The notes beneath the pieces were generated by a model. The model searched no databases. It worked only from the letters and a program-made list of their open reading frames with translations, and had not been told where the DNA came from. A stretch of 64,000 bases of DNA from Gammaproteobacteria bacterium (GTDB lineage Bacteria > Pseudomonadota > Gammaproteobacteria > UBA5335 > SLRW01), in NCBI GenBank assembly GCA_035638695.1, contig DASQZM010000043.1, positions 22,795 through 86,794 on the forward strand. The letters run 5' to 3'. Shown here in pieces: positions 1 through 9,122 of this stretch. Position 1 is the stretch's first letter. Each line of letters opens with the position of its first letter. The position numbers and the translations under genes are program-made.

Positions 1-672
1 ATCACACTCCTGGCCCGGCACGCCGGTCCGTGGCGCGTTCTAAGGAAGGAGCCTGCCAGCCGTGCCCTGCTGGTATTCACCGACCGCCGCCTGTTCCAGG
101 TCCCGGTGGCCCGGCGCGGTGGACGCCGCTGCGCCGTGGCACAGATCCGCTACACCGAGCGCCAGCGGGCCGAGCTGCGTGGCGGCACCCTCATCTTCTG
201 GTTCGGCGGCGGCGGATGGGAACGCCTGCCGGGGATACCGATAGCCGACCGGGCCAAGGTCCGGAGGCTTCTGAAGGCTCTGCCACCGCCGCGCAAGTCG
301 GGCCGGCGCCGATGCAAGCGTTACCTCTGTCCCCGCTGCACTGCCACCCTCGGCGCGGGCACCCGCCGCTGCGAGGGCTGCGGCCTGGATTTTCACGATC
401 CGGCGAGTTGCGCGCGGAAGGGCCTGCTGCTGCCCGGTGGCGGCTATTTCCACCTTGGCTGCCGGCAGCAGGCCCGGCGCTGCGCCGCGATGGAAATCAC
501 CGTGCTGGCAGCTACCCTGTTCGGGGTCGCCGCCGCGCCGGACGCCTGGCTGTCGGTGGTGGCTGCGGGCATTATTGTGCTGGCGGGGCTGCGCCTGTCG
601 CATGCCCGCCACGCTCGTCGCCTGGCCGAAGGCTACGTGCCGGTCGGGGCGGTGCGACCGACACGCCGATGA
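1..672 (+). CDS. Partial CDS (5' end outside window): membrane protein with PH-like segment, C4 zinc ribbon and C-terminal TM helices
   Basis: Frame 1 is open from nt 1 (ITLLARHAGPWRVLRKEPASRALLVFTDRRLFQV...) and continuous with ORF 106..672. It has a CPRC...CEGC zinc-ribbon motif and a hydrophobic stretch ITVLAATLFGVAAAPDAWLSVVAAGIIVLAGL. Family assignment is by eye only. Confidence 0.5.
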   Translation: MTLLARHAGPWRVLRKEPASRALLVFTDRRLFQVPVARRGGRRCAVAQIRYTERQRAELRGGTLIFWFGGGGWERLPGIPIADRAKVRRLLKALPPPRKSGRRRCKRYLCPRCTATLGAGTRRCEGCGLDFHDPASCARKGLLLPGGGYFHLGCRQQARRCAAMEITVLAATLFGVAAAPDAWLSVVAAGIIVLAGLRLSHARHARRLAEGYVPVGAVRPTRR

Positions 673-839
673 GCGGTACCACTTCGCGAAGGCATTGTCA
701 GGTGCAGTACCCGCCACGGGGGCTGCGCCCGGACCCACGCCTCGGGTATCCTGTCTCCCGTCTCCCACGACCGGCCGGCGGCACCGTCGCGCGCACGCCG
801 CTCGGGCCACGGTAACCCGGATTCAGGGGAAAACAGGCC

Positions 840-1625
840 ATGAACGATACCGTGCGGCACGAATCCATCGACGGCGTCGCGACCATCACCCTCGATCGGC
901 CCGACAAGCTCAACGCCATGAATCCGGCGCTGATCGAGGCGGCCGTGGAGGCGATCCAGCAGGCGGCCAGCGACGACGACGTGCGCGTGGTCGTCCTGAC
1001 CGGGGCGGGTCGCGGCTTCTGCGTGGGCGGCGACCTGTCCGCCGGTGGCTTTGGCGGCGACCTGCCGCTGCAGGGGCAGATCGCGCGCCTGCGAGGCTCG
1101 ATGCGCAGCGCCCAGCTGCTGCACGAAATGCCCAAGGTCACGATCGCGGCGATCAATGGTGCCTGCGCCGGCGCCGGCCTGTCCTGGGCCTGTGCCTGCG
1201 ACCTGCGCTATGCAGCGAGCTCTGCCAGGTTCAGCACGGCCTTCCTGAATGCCGGGCTGTCGGGCGACTTCGGCGGCACCTGGAGCCTCTCGCGCATCGT
1301 CGGCGATGCGCGCGCCCGGGCGCTGTACCTGCTGGCGGACCGCTTCGACGCGTGGGATGCCGAGCGCTACGGTCTGGTATCGGAAACCCTGCCCGACGAG
1401 GACCTGATGGGGCACGTTGGCCGGATCGCCCGGCGCCTGGCCGCATCACCGCCGCTGGCACTGGCCGGGATCAAGGCCAACCTGAACGATTCGCAGCGCC
1501 TGAGCTTCAGCGAGGCTCTCGACCGGGAGGCGGAACGGCATGTGCGCTGCGCCAACACCGAGGACCATCGCGAAGCGGCACGGGCGTTCCTGGAAAAGCG
1601 GCCGGGCGTGTACAAGGGGCGCTAA
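840..1625 (+). CDS. Enoyl-CoA hydratase/isomerase (crotonase) family protein
   Basis: 261 aa. N-terminus IDGVATITLDRPDKLNAMN...VVVLTGAGRGFCVGGDL is the classic crotonase-fold signature. C-terminal EDHREAARAFLEKRP. Confidence 0.9.
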   Translation: MNDTVRHESIDGVATITLDRPDKLNAMNPALIEAAVEAIQQAASDDDVRVVVLTGAGRGFCVGGDLSAGGFGGDLPLQGQIARLRGSMRSAQLLHEMPKVTIAAINGACAGAGLSWACACDLRYAASSARFSTAFLNAGLSGDFGGTWSLSRIVGDARARALYLLADRFDAWDAERYGLVSETLPDEDLMGHVGRIARRLAASPPLALAGIKANLNDSQRLSFSEALDREAERHVRCANTEDHREAARAFLEKRPGVYKGR

Positions 1626-1688
1626 GCTCGTCCATCCGTGACGGGGAGGCCGGACCGGGCGCCTGAACCGATCCGCGGGGGGGTCCGG

Positions 1689-1976
1689 TCAATGCGAATC
1701 GTCGGCGCCGGACACCCGCCGCTCCCGGAACGCCCAGCCGCGCTCGGAGAGCAACTCGCGCCACAGGAATGCGAAGTACCAGCCCAGTCCCCAGGCTTCG
1801 CCTGTCCCCACCGCCAGACTGACCTTTCCGGTGCCGTCCACGCCCGGAAGCAATCTCGCCCATACCTCGAACAATCCCGGCGCGAGGTGACGCACTTCCG
1901 GTACCGAAGAGGCGAGGAAGAGGCTCGCCAGGGTGATCCCGGCGAGGTTACCTGCCATGGTGTGATGCTTGCGCAT
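1689..1976 (-). CDS. Small hypothetical membrane protein (95 aa)
   Basis: Within ORF 1689..2048. The internal ATG at 1976 is preceded by GGAGGA 7 nt upstream. Hydrophobic segments (AGNLAGITLASLFLASS; WGLGWYFAFLW). No family recognised. Confidence 0.5.
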   Translation of the reverse strand: MRKHHTMAGNLAGITLASLFLASSVPEVRHLAPGLFEVWARLLPGVDGTGKVSLAVGTGEAWGLGWYFAFLWRELLSERGWAFRERRVSGADDSH

Positions 1977-2463
1977 GCGGAATCCTCCACCGTGCCCGCA
2001 CGCCGTGTGCGGCGACGGCCCGCCGGGCACTCGTCCACGTGCCGACATTGTGACGCGTGCGACACCCGCCCGCCGTGACCTGCGTCACACCAACGCAACG
2101 CGCGTCGCCGCTTCACTACTCAGGGAAGCCCGCATCCCGGCGGCATGTGGAGCCCGTCCGTGCACATCAACTGACGATCCGTCCGGCCCATTGCCCAGGA
2201 CGGACCTGCCACCCTCACGCCATAAGCATGGCACAGATCCGCAAAATTGCACGCCTGCGGCAGGCATGCCGGCGCAAGCTCAGCCGGCCGATGCCGAAGC
2301 TCGTGCCGCCGGCTGCCGCTGCCCGGCCGTCCGGTGCAGCAGCGACTGCATCTGCTGCATTTGCCGGTGCATGGCCCGCAGCCGCTGCAGCATCTGTCGC
2401 CTGCGCATGTCGTCGGAATTCGGGCTGACGTGCCTCAACGGCACGCGCAGGTGCAACGCCGGC

Positions 2464-5400
2464 TCAGCCGCCGCGCGGCAGGCTCACCCCGTCACGCAGC
2501 AGCTCGGTGAAGGAATCGGCGGGCAGGGCCGGCGCATAGAAGAAACCCTGACCCTCGGGACAGCCTGCCTCGCGGAGGATGGCGGCCTGTTCCCCGGTCT
2601 CGATTCCCTCGGCGACGAGGCGGATGTCGAGGCTCTGCGCGACGGCGATGATCGCCCGCGTGATCTGAAGGTCCTCCGGGTCGCCGGGCAGGCCGCGGAC
2701 GAAGGACTGATCGATCTTGAGATAGTCGACCACGAACTGCTTGAGGTAATTCAGCGAAGAGTAGCCGGTGCCGAAGTCGTCGATGGCCACGGTCGGGCCG
2801 AGCGCGTGCAGCTGCGCCAGCATCCGGGCCGTGCGCTCCGGATCCTCCATGAGCATGCCCTCGGTGATCTCCAGGTCCAGGCGGGTCGGATCGAGCCCGG
2901 TTTCGGCAAGGATCCGGCTGACCCGGTCCACCAGCTCCCGGTCGCGGAACTGGCGCGGGGAGAGGTTGACCGCCATGCGCAGCGGGCGATGGCCGGCGCG
3001 CTCCCACGCGCGCGCTTGCGAGCACGCGGCGCGCAGGACCCACTCGCCGATCTGTCCGATCAGCCCGCTCTGCTCCGCCACCGGTATGAACTCACCCGGC
3101 CGCACCAGCCCGCGCCGGGGATGCTGCCAGCGAACCAGCGCCTCCGCGCCGATCACGCGCCCGCTGGCGAGCTCGACGCACGGCTGGAAATGCAGCACCA
3201 GCTCTTCCCGTTCCAGCGCCCGCCGCAGCTCGCCCGCGACCGCGAGCGTCTTCGCCGCCGCCGCGTTGATCTCGGGCGAGGCGAACTGGTACGTGTTGCG
3301 GCCGAGTTCCTTGGCTCGGTAGAGGGCGGCATCCGCGTGCTTGAGCAGGGTCTCCACATCCCGGCCGTCGAGGGGATAACAACTGATGCCCACGCTTGCG
3401 GAGGTGAACAGCTGCCCGCCGTCCTGCTCGAAAGGACGGGAAAGTACATCGATGACTTTCTGCGCCACCGCCCCCGCGTCCTGGCTGTCATCCAGCTCGT
3501 CCAACAGGACCGCGAACTCGTCTCCCCCCACCCGGGCCACCGTATCGCTCTCGCGAACGGCTTCCCGCAGCCGATCGGCGACCTGCTTGAGCAGGGCGTC
3601 GCCCGCGTCGTGGCCGAGGGAATCGTTCACGGTCTTGAACTGGTCGAGGTCGAGCAGCAGCAGCCCGGCAGTGCCGCGGCGGCGGCGCGCCCGCTGGACC
3701 GCTTCCCGCCCGCGTTCGAGGAGCAGGGCGCGGTTGGCCAGGCGGGTGAGAGCGTCATGATAGGAAAGGAACTCGAGCCGCGCCTCCGTGTCGCGGTGGC
3801 TGGACATGTCGTTGAAGATCGCCACGTAGTGCGTGATCCGGCCGGCATCGTCGCGCACCGCGCTAATCGCCACCAGCGCCGGATAGCGCTCCCCGTTCTT
3901 GCGACGGTGCCAGATCTCGCCCTGCCAGGCGCCGGTGGTCGGCAACACACGGGCGAGTTCGCGGTACAGTGCGGCATTGTGGCCGCCAGAGCCGACCTGT
4001 GGGGGCGTTTTCCCGAGCACTTCCTCCGCCGGGTAGCCGCTGATCCGGGTAAACGCGCCATTGACAGAGATGATGCGCCAGCCCGGGTCAGTGATCACGG
4101 CGCCCTCGACCATATTGTCCAGCGCGTTGGCCGCGATCCGGGCCTGGGCCTCGGCCTGGCGCCGTGCCGTGATGTCCTTGGCGACCCCGCTGATACCGAC
4201 GGTCTCGCCGTCTACCACGACCGGTCCGCCGGTCGCGGTCATCTCACGGCGCTCGCCACTGGCCGAGATCACGGCGAACTCCAGGCTGCGCAGCTCGCCG
4301 GCGAGCATGCGCCGGAACTCGTTCCAGCAGTTGTCGACATCCGCCGGATCGATCACCCGGGCAAATGACGGCAGGGCACGCAGCGACTCGAGGTCGCGGC
4401 CGGTCATCTCCTGTGCGCTCGCATTGGCGGAGACGAAGCGGCCCTCGCGGTCGAGAAAATAGACCGCGTCCGGGTTGTTGTCGAACAGGGAGCGAAAGCG
4501 CTGCCATCCTTCGTCGAGCAACCGCTCGGCGCGCCGTCGCTCGGTCACGTCGCGCACGATGCCGCAGACTTCGCGCACCTCGCCGTCGCGAACGATCGGC
4601 GTGCTGGCCAGCTCGACCGTGACGCGGCTGCCGTCGCACCGCAGCAGGTCCAGCTCGTACTGCTGCGCCTCCGCCACGAGGCTGCCGCGGAAATGGTCCA
4701 GCACCGTTTCGAGCTGATCCTCGGGGAGCACCTTGCGGAAGTGCTCCCCGATCACCTCTTCCGGGGCATACCCGGTCAGGCGGCTGGCGCCGTGGTTGAA
4801 TTCGAGAAAACGGCCCTCGCGGTCGACCACATACACACCGTCGGTACTCAGCTCGAACAGCGAACGGTAGCGTTCGCGGCTCTCGCGCTCCCGGGACTCT
4901 GCCTCGCGTCGCTCGCTCAGATCGCGCAGGATCACCGCCACGCGCGTCTTTCCGTTGGGATCGGCGAACGCCCGAGCGCTCACCTCTACCGCGACGCTGC
5001 TGCCGTCGCCCCGGACCAGTTCCAGCTCTCCACGCGCTTGGCCGTTGCGCGCGCGCTCCTTCAGGTAGGCCGCCATCGACGGTGCCGATTCCGCCACCAG
5101 CGCGCGCCAGCCGAGCCTTATCAGCTCTGCCTCGGTGCGGCCGAGCAGCCGGCAGGCGGCCGGGTTCGCCGCGAGGATTCCGCCGTCCGGCTGGTTCAGG
5201 AGGATCCCGTCGAGGCTGTGCTCGAACAGCATCCGCAGGCGCTCCTCGCTGGCCCGCAGCCGCGCGCCCGGTTCCCGCGACGGTGATACTTCCCGCACGG
5301 TCCCACGTACGCCGATGATGCGTCCGTCCCGGCGCAGGGGCACCGCCGTGCAGTGCGCCGTCACCTGCTCGCCGTTGCGGCGGACCAGCGTAGTCCGGAA

Positions 5401-5859
5401 GTGTAGCGATTCGCCGGCGAACGCCCGGGACATCAGCCGGCTCGCCCGGGCGAGCTCCTCGGGAGGCAGCAGGGCCGTGTAGGGCGTGCCCTTCAGCTCG
5501 TCCCGGGGCCACCCCAGGAGCATTTTCCCCTGCCCGCTGATACCCGCGATCCGGCCCTCGGCGTCGAGAGTGTAGACCGAGCCCGGGAACTCGGACAGGA
5601 AGGCGTCATGCACCTGCAGGCGCTGCTCCAGGGCGCCGCGCGAACGCTCGAGCCGGCGCAACCGGCGCCAGGCAAAGCCAAGCCAGAGCAGCAAAATGGA
5701 CAGCAGCAACACCAGCGCGACCACGGGCGAGAACGACGCGGCGTGCGATCGGCCCGGCGGCACCTCCCACAACCACAGGACGCCCGCAAGCAAGCCGGCG
5801 AGAGCGAGGGCCAGACAGACGCCCCTGGCCTGGTGCCGGAGCCGTCGGGGTGGACTCAT
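2464..5859 (-). CDS. Membrane-anchored multi-PAS GGDEF-EAL c-di-GMP signalling protein
   Basis: ORF 2464..6228. Likely start is the ATG at 5859 (MSPPRRLRHQ...), just before two TM helices. About five PAS-like repeats (e.g. RYRSLFELSTDGVYVVDREGRF, RFRSLFDNNPDAVYFLDREGRF). Intact GGDEF (VARVGGDEFAVLL) with an RESD I-site 5 aa upstream. Intact EAL (GAEALVRW). Confidence 0.9.
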   Translation of the reverse strand: MSPPRRLRHQARGVCLALALAGLLAGVLWLWEVPPGRSHAASFSPVVALVLLLSILLLWLGFAWRRLRRLERSRGALEQRLQVHDAFLSEFPGSVYTLDAEGRIAGISGQGKMLLGWPRDELKGTPYTALLPPEELARASRLMSRAFAGESLHFRTTLVRRNGEQVTAHCTAVPLRRDGRIIGVRGTVREVSPSREPGARLRASEERLRMLFEHSLDGILLNQPDGGILAANPAACRLLGRTEAELIRLGWRALVAESAPSMAAYLKERARNGQARGELELVRGDGSSVAVEVSARAFADPNGKTRVAVILRDLSERREAESRERESRERYRSLFELSTDGVYVVDREGRFLEFNHGASRLTGYAPEEVIGEHFRKVLPEDQLETVLDHFRGSLVAEAQQYELDLLRCDGSRVTVELASTPIVRDGEVREVCGIVRDVTERRRAERLLDEGWQRFRSLFDNNPDAVYFLDREGRFVSANASAQEMTGRDLESLRALPSFARVIDPADVDNCWNEFRRMLAGELRSLEFAVISASGERREMTATGGPVVVDGETVGISGVAKDITARRQAEAQARIAANALDNMVEGAVITDPGWRIISVNGAFTRISGYPAEEVLGKTPPQVGSGGHNAALYRELARVLPTTGAWQGEIWHRRKNGERYPALVAISAVRDDAGRITHYVAIFNDMSSHRDTEARLEFLSYHDALTRLANRALLLERGREAVQRARRRRGTAGLLLLDLDQFKTVNDSLGHDAGDALLKQVADRLREAVRESDTVARVGGDEFAVLLDELDDSQDAGAVAQKVIDVLSRPFEQDGGQLFTSASVGISCYPLDGRDVETLLKHADAALYRAKELGRNTYQFASPEINAAAAKTLAVAGELRRALEREELVLHFQPCVELASGRVIGAEALVRWQHPRRGLVRPGEFIPVAEQSGLIGQIGEWVLRAACSQARAWERAGHRPLRMAVNLSPRQFRDRELVDRVSRILAETGLDPTRLDLEITEGMLMEDPERTARMLAQLHALGPTVAIDDFGTGYSSLNYLKQFVVDYLKIDQSFVRGLPGDPEDLQITRAIIAVAQSLDIRLVAEGIETGEQAAILREAGCPEGQGFFYAPALPADSFTELLRDGVSLPRGG

Positions 5860-6037
5860 ATCGTGCGTGCCATACGCTTTTCGTTGTTGTCGGAACTCGA
5901 GCAGGACATGCGACGGCGGTCGGCGTGTTGCCACGCCGACCGGCCGGGCCGCTTCAGGTCTTGCTGATCCTGAGTATCTCAGCGCAGGCCGGAGCCGGCA
6001 GGCAACGGCGGGCCGACGGACGGTAGCTTGAAATTGA

Positions 6038-6066
6038 TAGACAGGATCAGGGGCTTGCACTATTCT
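6038..6066 (+). promoter_or_regulatory. Candidate sigma70 promoter for the RRM-protein gene (-35 TAGACA, 17-nt spacer, -10 TATTCT)
   Basis: TAGACA at 6038-6043 and TATTCT at 6061-6066, in the only AT-rich patch of the 447-nt divergent intergenic region. This implies a ~230-nt leader. Confidence 0.35.
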
Positions 6067-6306
6067 GCATTCTGGTTCGTGAACTTGCCCTTCCGACGTG
6101 CCCGTCGGGACACGCCGCCCGCCGCCTAGCCTCGGGGACAGGGACGAGAGAACGACCGAAGGAACGGGTCCTCGTCCGGGACCGAACGGGCTTCGCGTGC
6201 GGGCCATGCGCTGCCCGGCGCCGGGCATAGACCCTTTCCGCAGATTCCGGCCTGCGGGCGATCGGCCCGGACCGGGGGTGTTCAGTCCTGCTTAGTGAAC
6301 GTGGCC

Positions 6307-6582
6307 ATGAAGTCTATTTATGTCGGAAACCTGCCGTTCAGCGCGACCGAAGACGAGGTGCGCGAGCTGTTCTCGCCCTTTGGCACCGTCGGTACCGTCA
6401 AGCTGATCACCGATCGCGACACCGGCCGCCCGCGCGGCTTCGGTTTCGTGGAAATGGAGGCCGCCGAGGCCGATGCCGCGATCGAGGCACTCAACGGCAA
6501 GGAAATGGGGGGGCGAACCCTGCGTATCAACGAGGCCCAGCCCCGCAACCAGCAGCGCCCACGCCAGCGCGCCCGCTGGTAG
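6307..6582 (+). CDS. RRM-type (RNP-1/RNP-2) RNA-binding protein
   Basis: MKSIYVGNLPF (RNP-2) and RGFGFVEM (RNP-1), with a basic C-terminal tail. ATG at 6307 inside ORF 6295..6582. Confidence 0.9.
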   Translation: MKSIYVGNLPFSATEDEVRELFSPFGTVGTVKLITDRDTGRPRGFGFVEMEAAEADAAIEALNGKEMGGRTLRINEAQPRNQQRPRQRARW

Positions 6583-6704
6583 CCATTCCGCCCTCGACCC
6601 GGAGGCGGTTCTCCGGAGGTCCGGCCGCCAGGCCGGGCAGGGGGCGTCGTGCTGGCTGTCGGCACGGCGTCGGGGCCGTGCCGGGCGCGTATGCGTAATG
6701 CTGG

Positions 6705-9122
6705 TTATCGGCCGGTCGGCAGCGGGAGATCGAGCTCCGCGCCGGGGGCCAGCGTGTACGTGCTGCCGTCGAGGGCCACGGTGACGGGACTCGCGGTGGA
6801 GCGCAAGGCGGTCAGGTGCACCCGGGCCGGTTCCAGCACCAGCTCCAGCGCGTGTCCGCGGTAGCGGATACGCACCGCCAAGCGGTCCAGGGCCTCCGGC
6901 AGGCAAGGATCCAGCCAGAGGGTGTCGCCGCGGGTCGAGATCCCGGTAAAGCACCGCTGGACCAGGTCAACGGTGCCGGCCATCGCACCCAGGTGGATGC
7001 CCTCGGCCGTGGTACCGCCCTGGATGTCGTGCACGTCGCTCGCCAGCGCTTCGCGGAATTCCGCCCAGGCGCGGGGCCGGTCCGAACGTGACAGCACCCG
7101 GGCGTGGGCGACCCGGCTCAGGGTGGAGCCGTGCGCGGTGCGCTGCAGGTAGTATTGCACGTTGCGCGGGATCGTCTCGTAGGTAAAGGGATAGTCCAGA
7201 CGGCTGAACAGCTCGCGCAGTTCCTCCGAGGAGAACAAGTAGAACAGCATCAGCACGTCCGCCTGCTTGGACAGGCGGTAGCGGTTGGGAGTATCGCCCT
7301 CGGCCTCCAGAATCCGGTCGAGGCGCTGGATGTCACCGTAGCGCTCCCGGTAGGCCGCCCAGTCGAGCTCGGCCAGCTCCTCGTAGCCCTCGAACTGACT
7401 GATGATGCCCTCCTCGTGGAAGGGTACCCGCATGCGGCGGCTGACCCGGTCCCACAGCTCGAGCTCCGGCGCGTCGATCGCAAGCAACCGCTCGAGCTCC
7501 CGTCGCCGGTCGGCCGGCAGCCGCTCGAGGAGCTCCAGCGCCGTCACCAGCACCCAGACCGCCATCACGTTGGTATAGGCGTTGTTGTCGAGACCCGGGC
7601 GGGACGCGTCGGGGTAGGCGTCGTGATACTCGTCCGGGCCCATCACGCCGCGGATCTCGAAGCGTTCCACGGACTCGTTCCAGCTTGCCCGGCTGGCCCA
7701 GAAACGCGCGATCTCGAGCAGCATCTCGGCGCCGTAGAAGGCCATGAACTCCATGTCGCCGGTCACCTGGAAGTACTGCCACACGTTGTAGACTACCGCG
7801 GCGTTGACGTGTAGCTGCAGATGGCTGTTGTCCGGTATCCAGCGCCCCGACCGGGGATTGAGGTGCAGTTTCTGGCTCTCCTCGCGGCCGCTGCTGCCGC
7901 TCTGCCAGGGGAACATGGCACCGCGCCACCCGGCGCCGGCCGCGGCGGCGCGAGCCACGCCGAGGCGCCGGTAGCGGTACATCAGCAGCGCCCGCGTGAT
8001 CTCCGGCATCCGCAGGTTGATGGTGGGGAACACGAACAGCTCGTCCCAGAACACGTGCCCCCGGTAGGCCTCGCCGTGCAGGCCGCGCGCGGGCACGCCC
8101 GCGTCGAGGTCCATCACGTGCGGGGACGCCGTCTGCAACAGATGGAACGTGTGCACGCGCAGCGCCCGCAGCGCCTCCCTGCCGTCGCTGCCGTCGCGTT
8201 CGGTGAAGTCGATCCCGAAGCGCTCCCACAAGTGCTCCCACGCCCGCACGTGGTCCGACTCCAGCGCTGTCCATCCGGCAGCGCCCCGCACCGCATTGCG
8301 GGCCGCGAGCAGCGGCTCGGAGATGGCGGCATCGCGCGAGCAGTACAGGGCGACCGTCTTGTCGACCGTCAGCGGCTCGCCCGGCGCGACCTTCACCCGG
8401 AACGTGCGTCCCACGCGGCCGCCCTCACGGGTCCGGCGCGCCGCGACCCGGAGCGGCTGCCCGTCTCGGGCCAGGCAAGTGCGTGAGGCCAGCGCGACCA
8501 CCAGGCGGGACTGGCGGGTGCGGACCCGCAGCCAGGCCTCGTCGTCGGCTTCGTGACCGGCATCCAGGAGCTCCAGGTGATGGCCGTCGAGCTCCCGGTA
8601 GCGCGCGACTCCGGTGTTGCTCACGTTGCCATCCAGGTCGGATGCCAGCTCCAGGGTGCCAGTCCAGTCCTCGGCCACGATGATCTGGCGCAGCGCGGCC
8701 AGGTGCGGCTCCGCCATGTGCACCAGACGCCGCTCCGAGAGGCGCGTGGTGCGTCCCGCCGCGTCCCGGAAGCGCAGGCGTGTCAGCAGCAACCCGCGAC
8801 GCAGGTCCAGGGTCTGGCGGTATTCCAGCAGGTCGGCATCGGCGAGGCGCAGCCATGCGCCGTCGGCGATACGCAGGCGCAGGCACAGCCAGTTGGGGAA
8901 ATTGACCAGGTCCTCGTTCTCCACCTCCCGTCCGGCGATCGCGGTCACGAGGCGGTCGTAACCGCCGGCGAGGTAGGTCCCCGGGTAGTGCACCCCGTCG
9001 GCCTCGGCCCAGGCCGACGCCCCGCGCGTGGCGAAGTAGCCGTTGCCCAACGTGCACAGCGCTTCCCGGAGCCCTTCCCCGGCGGGATCGAAGCCGTCCC
9101 GGGTCAGGGTCCAATCGCTCAT
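6705..9122 (-). CDS. Glycoside hydrolase family 65 disaccharide phosphorylase (trehalose/kojibiose/maltose/T6P phosphorylase class)
   Basis: ORF 6705..9368. The ATG at 9122 (MSDWTLTRDGFDP...LCTLGNGYFATRG) is a typical GH65 N-terminus. Contains the GVMGPDEYH motif with the catalytic Glu. The start overlaps the stop of the upstream gene (ATGA at 9119-9122). Confidence 0.9.
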   Translation of the reverse strand: MSDWTLTRDGFDPAGEGLREALCTLGNGYFATRGASAWAEADGVHYPGTYLAGGYDRLVTAIAGREVENEDLVNFPNWLCLRLRIADGAWLRLADADLLEYRQTLDLRRGLLLTRLRFRDAAGRTTRLSERRLVHMAEPHLAALRQIIVAEDWTGTLELASDLDGNVSNTGVARYRELDGHHLELLDAGHEADDEAWLRVRTRQSRLVVALASRTCLARDGQPLRVAARRTREGGRVGRTFRVKVAPGEPLTVDKTVALYCSRDAAISEPLLAARNAVRGAAGWTALESDHVRAWEHLWERFGIDFTERDGSDGREALRALRVHTFHLLQTASPHVMDLDAGVPARGLHGEAYRGHVFWDELFVFPTINLRMPEITRALLMYRYRRLGVARAAAAGAGWRGAMFPWQSGSSGREESQKLHLNPRSGRWIPDNSHLQLHVNAAVVYNVWQYFQVTGDMEFMAFYGAEMLLEIARFWASRASWNESVERFEIRGVMGPDEYHDAYPDASRPGLDNNAYTNVMAVWVLVTALELLERLPADRRRELERLLAIDAPELELWDRVSRRMRVPFHEEGIISQFEGYEELAELDWAAYRERYGDIQRLDRILEAEGDTPNRYRLSKQADVLMLFYLFSSEELRELFSRLDYPFTYETIPRNVQYYLQRTAHGSTLSRVAHARVLSRSDRPRAWAEFREALASDVHDIQGGTTAEGIHLGAMAGTVDLVQRCFTGISTRGDTLWLDPCLPEALDRLAVRIRYRGHALELVLEPARVHLTALRSTASPVTVALDGSTYTLAPGAELDLPLPTGR

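Noticed and set aside
2280-2408. 42-codon minus-strand ORF (MRRRQMLQRLRAMHRQMQQMQSLLHRTAGQRQPAARASASAG) just downstream of the GGDEF-EAL gene, with high GC3
   Set aside because: It has no SD, no recognisable family and low-complexity composition, and I cannot distinguish it from chance in GC-rich sequence. It may deserve a Ribo-seq look, but it is not reportable as a gene.
1969-4368. 799-aa plus-strand ORF, plus many other ORFs of 100-400 aa overlapping the GGDEF-EAL gene
   Set aside because: It is antisense to a gene with unmistakable PAS/GGDEF/EAL motifs. The translation is Arg/Ala/Gly/Pro-rich low-complexity with no motif, as is typical of shadow ORFs in high-GC DNA.
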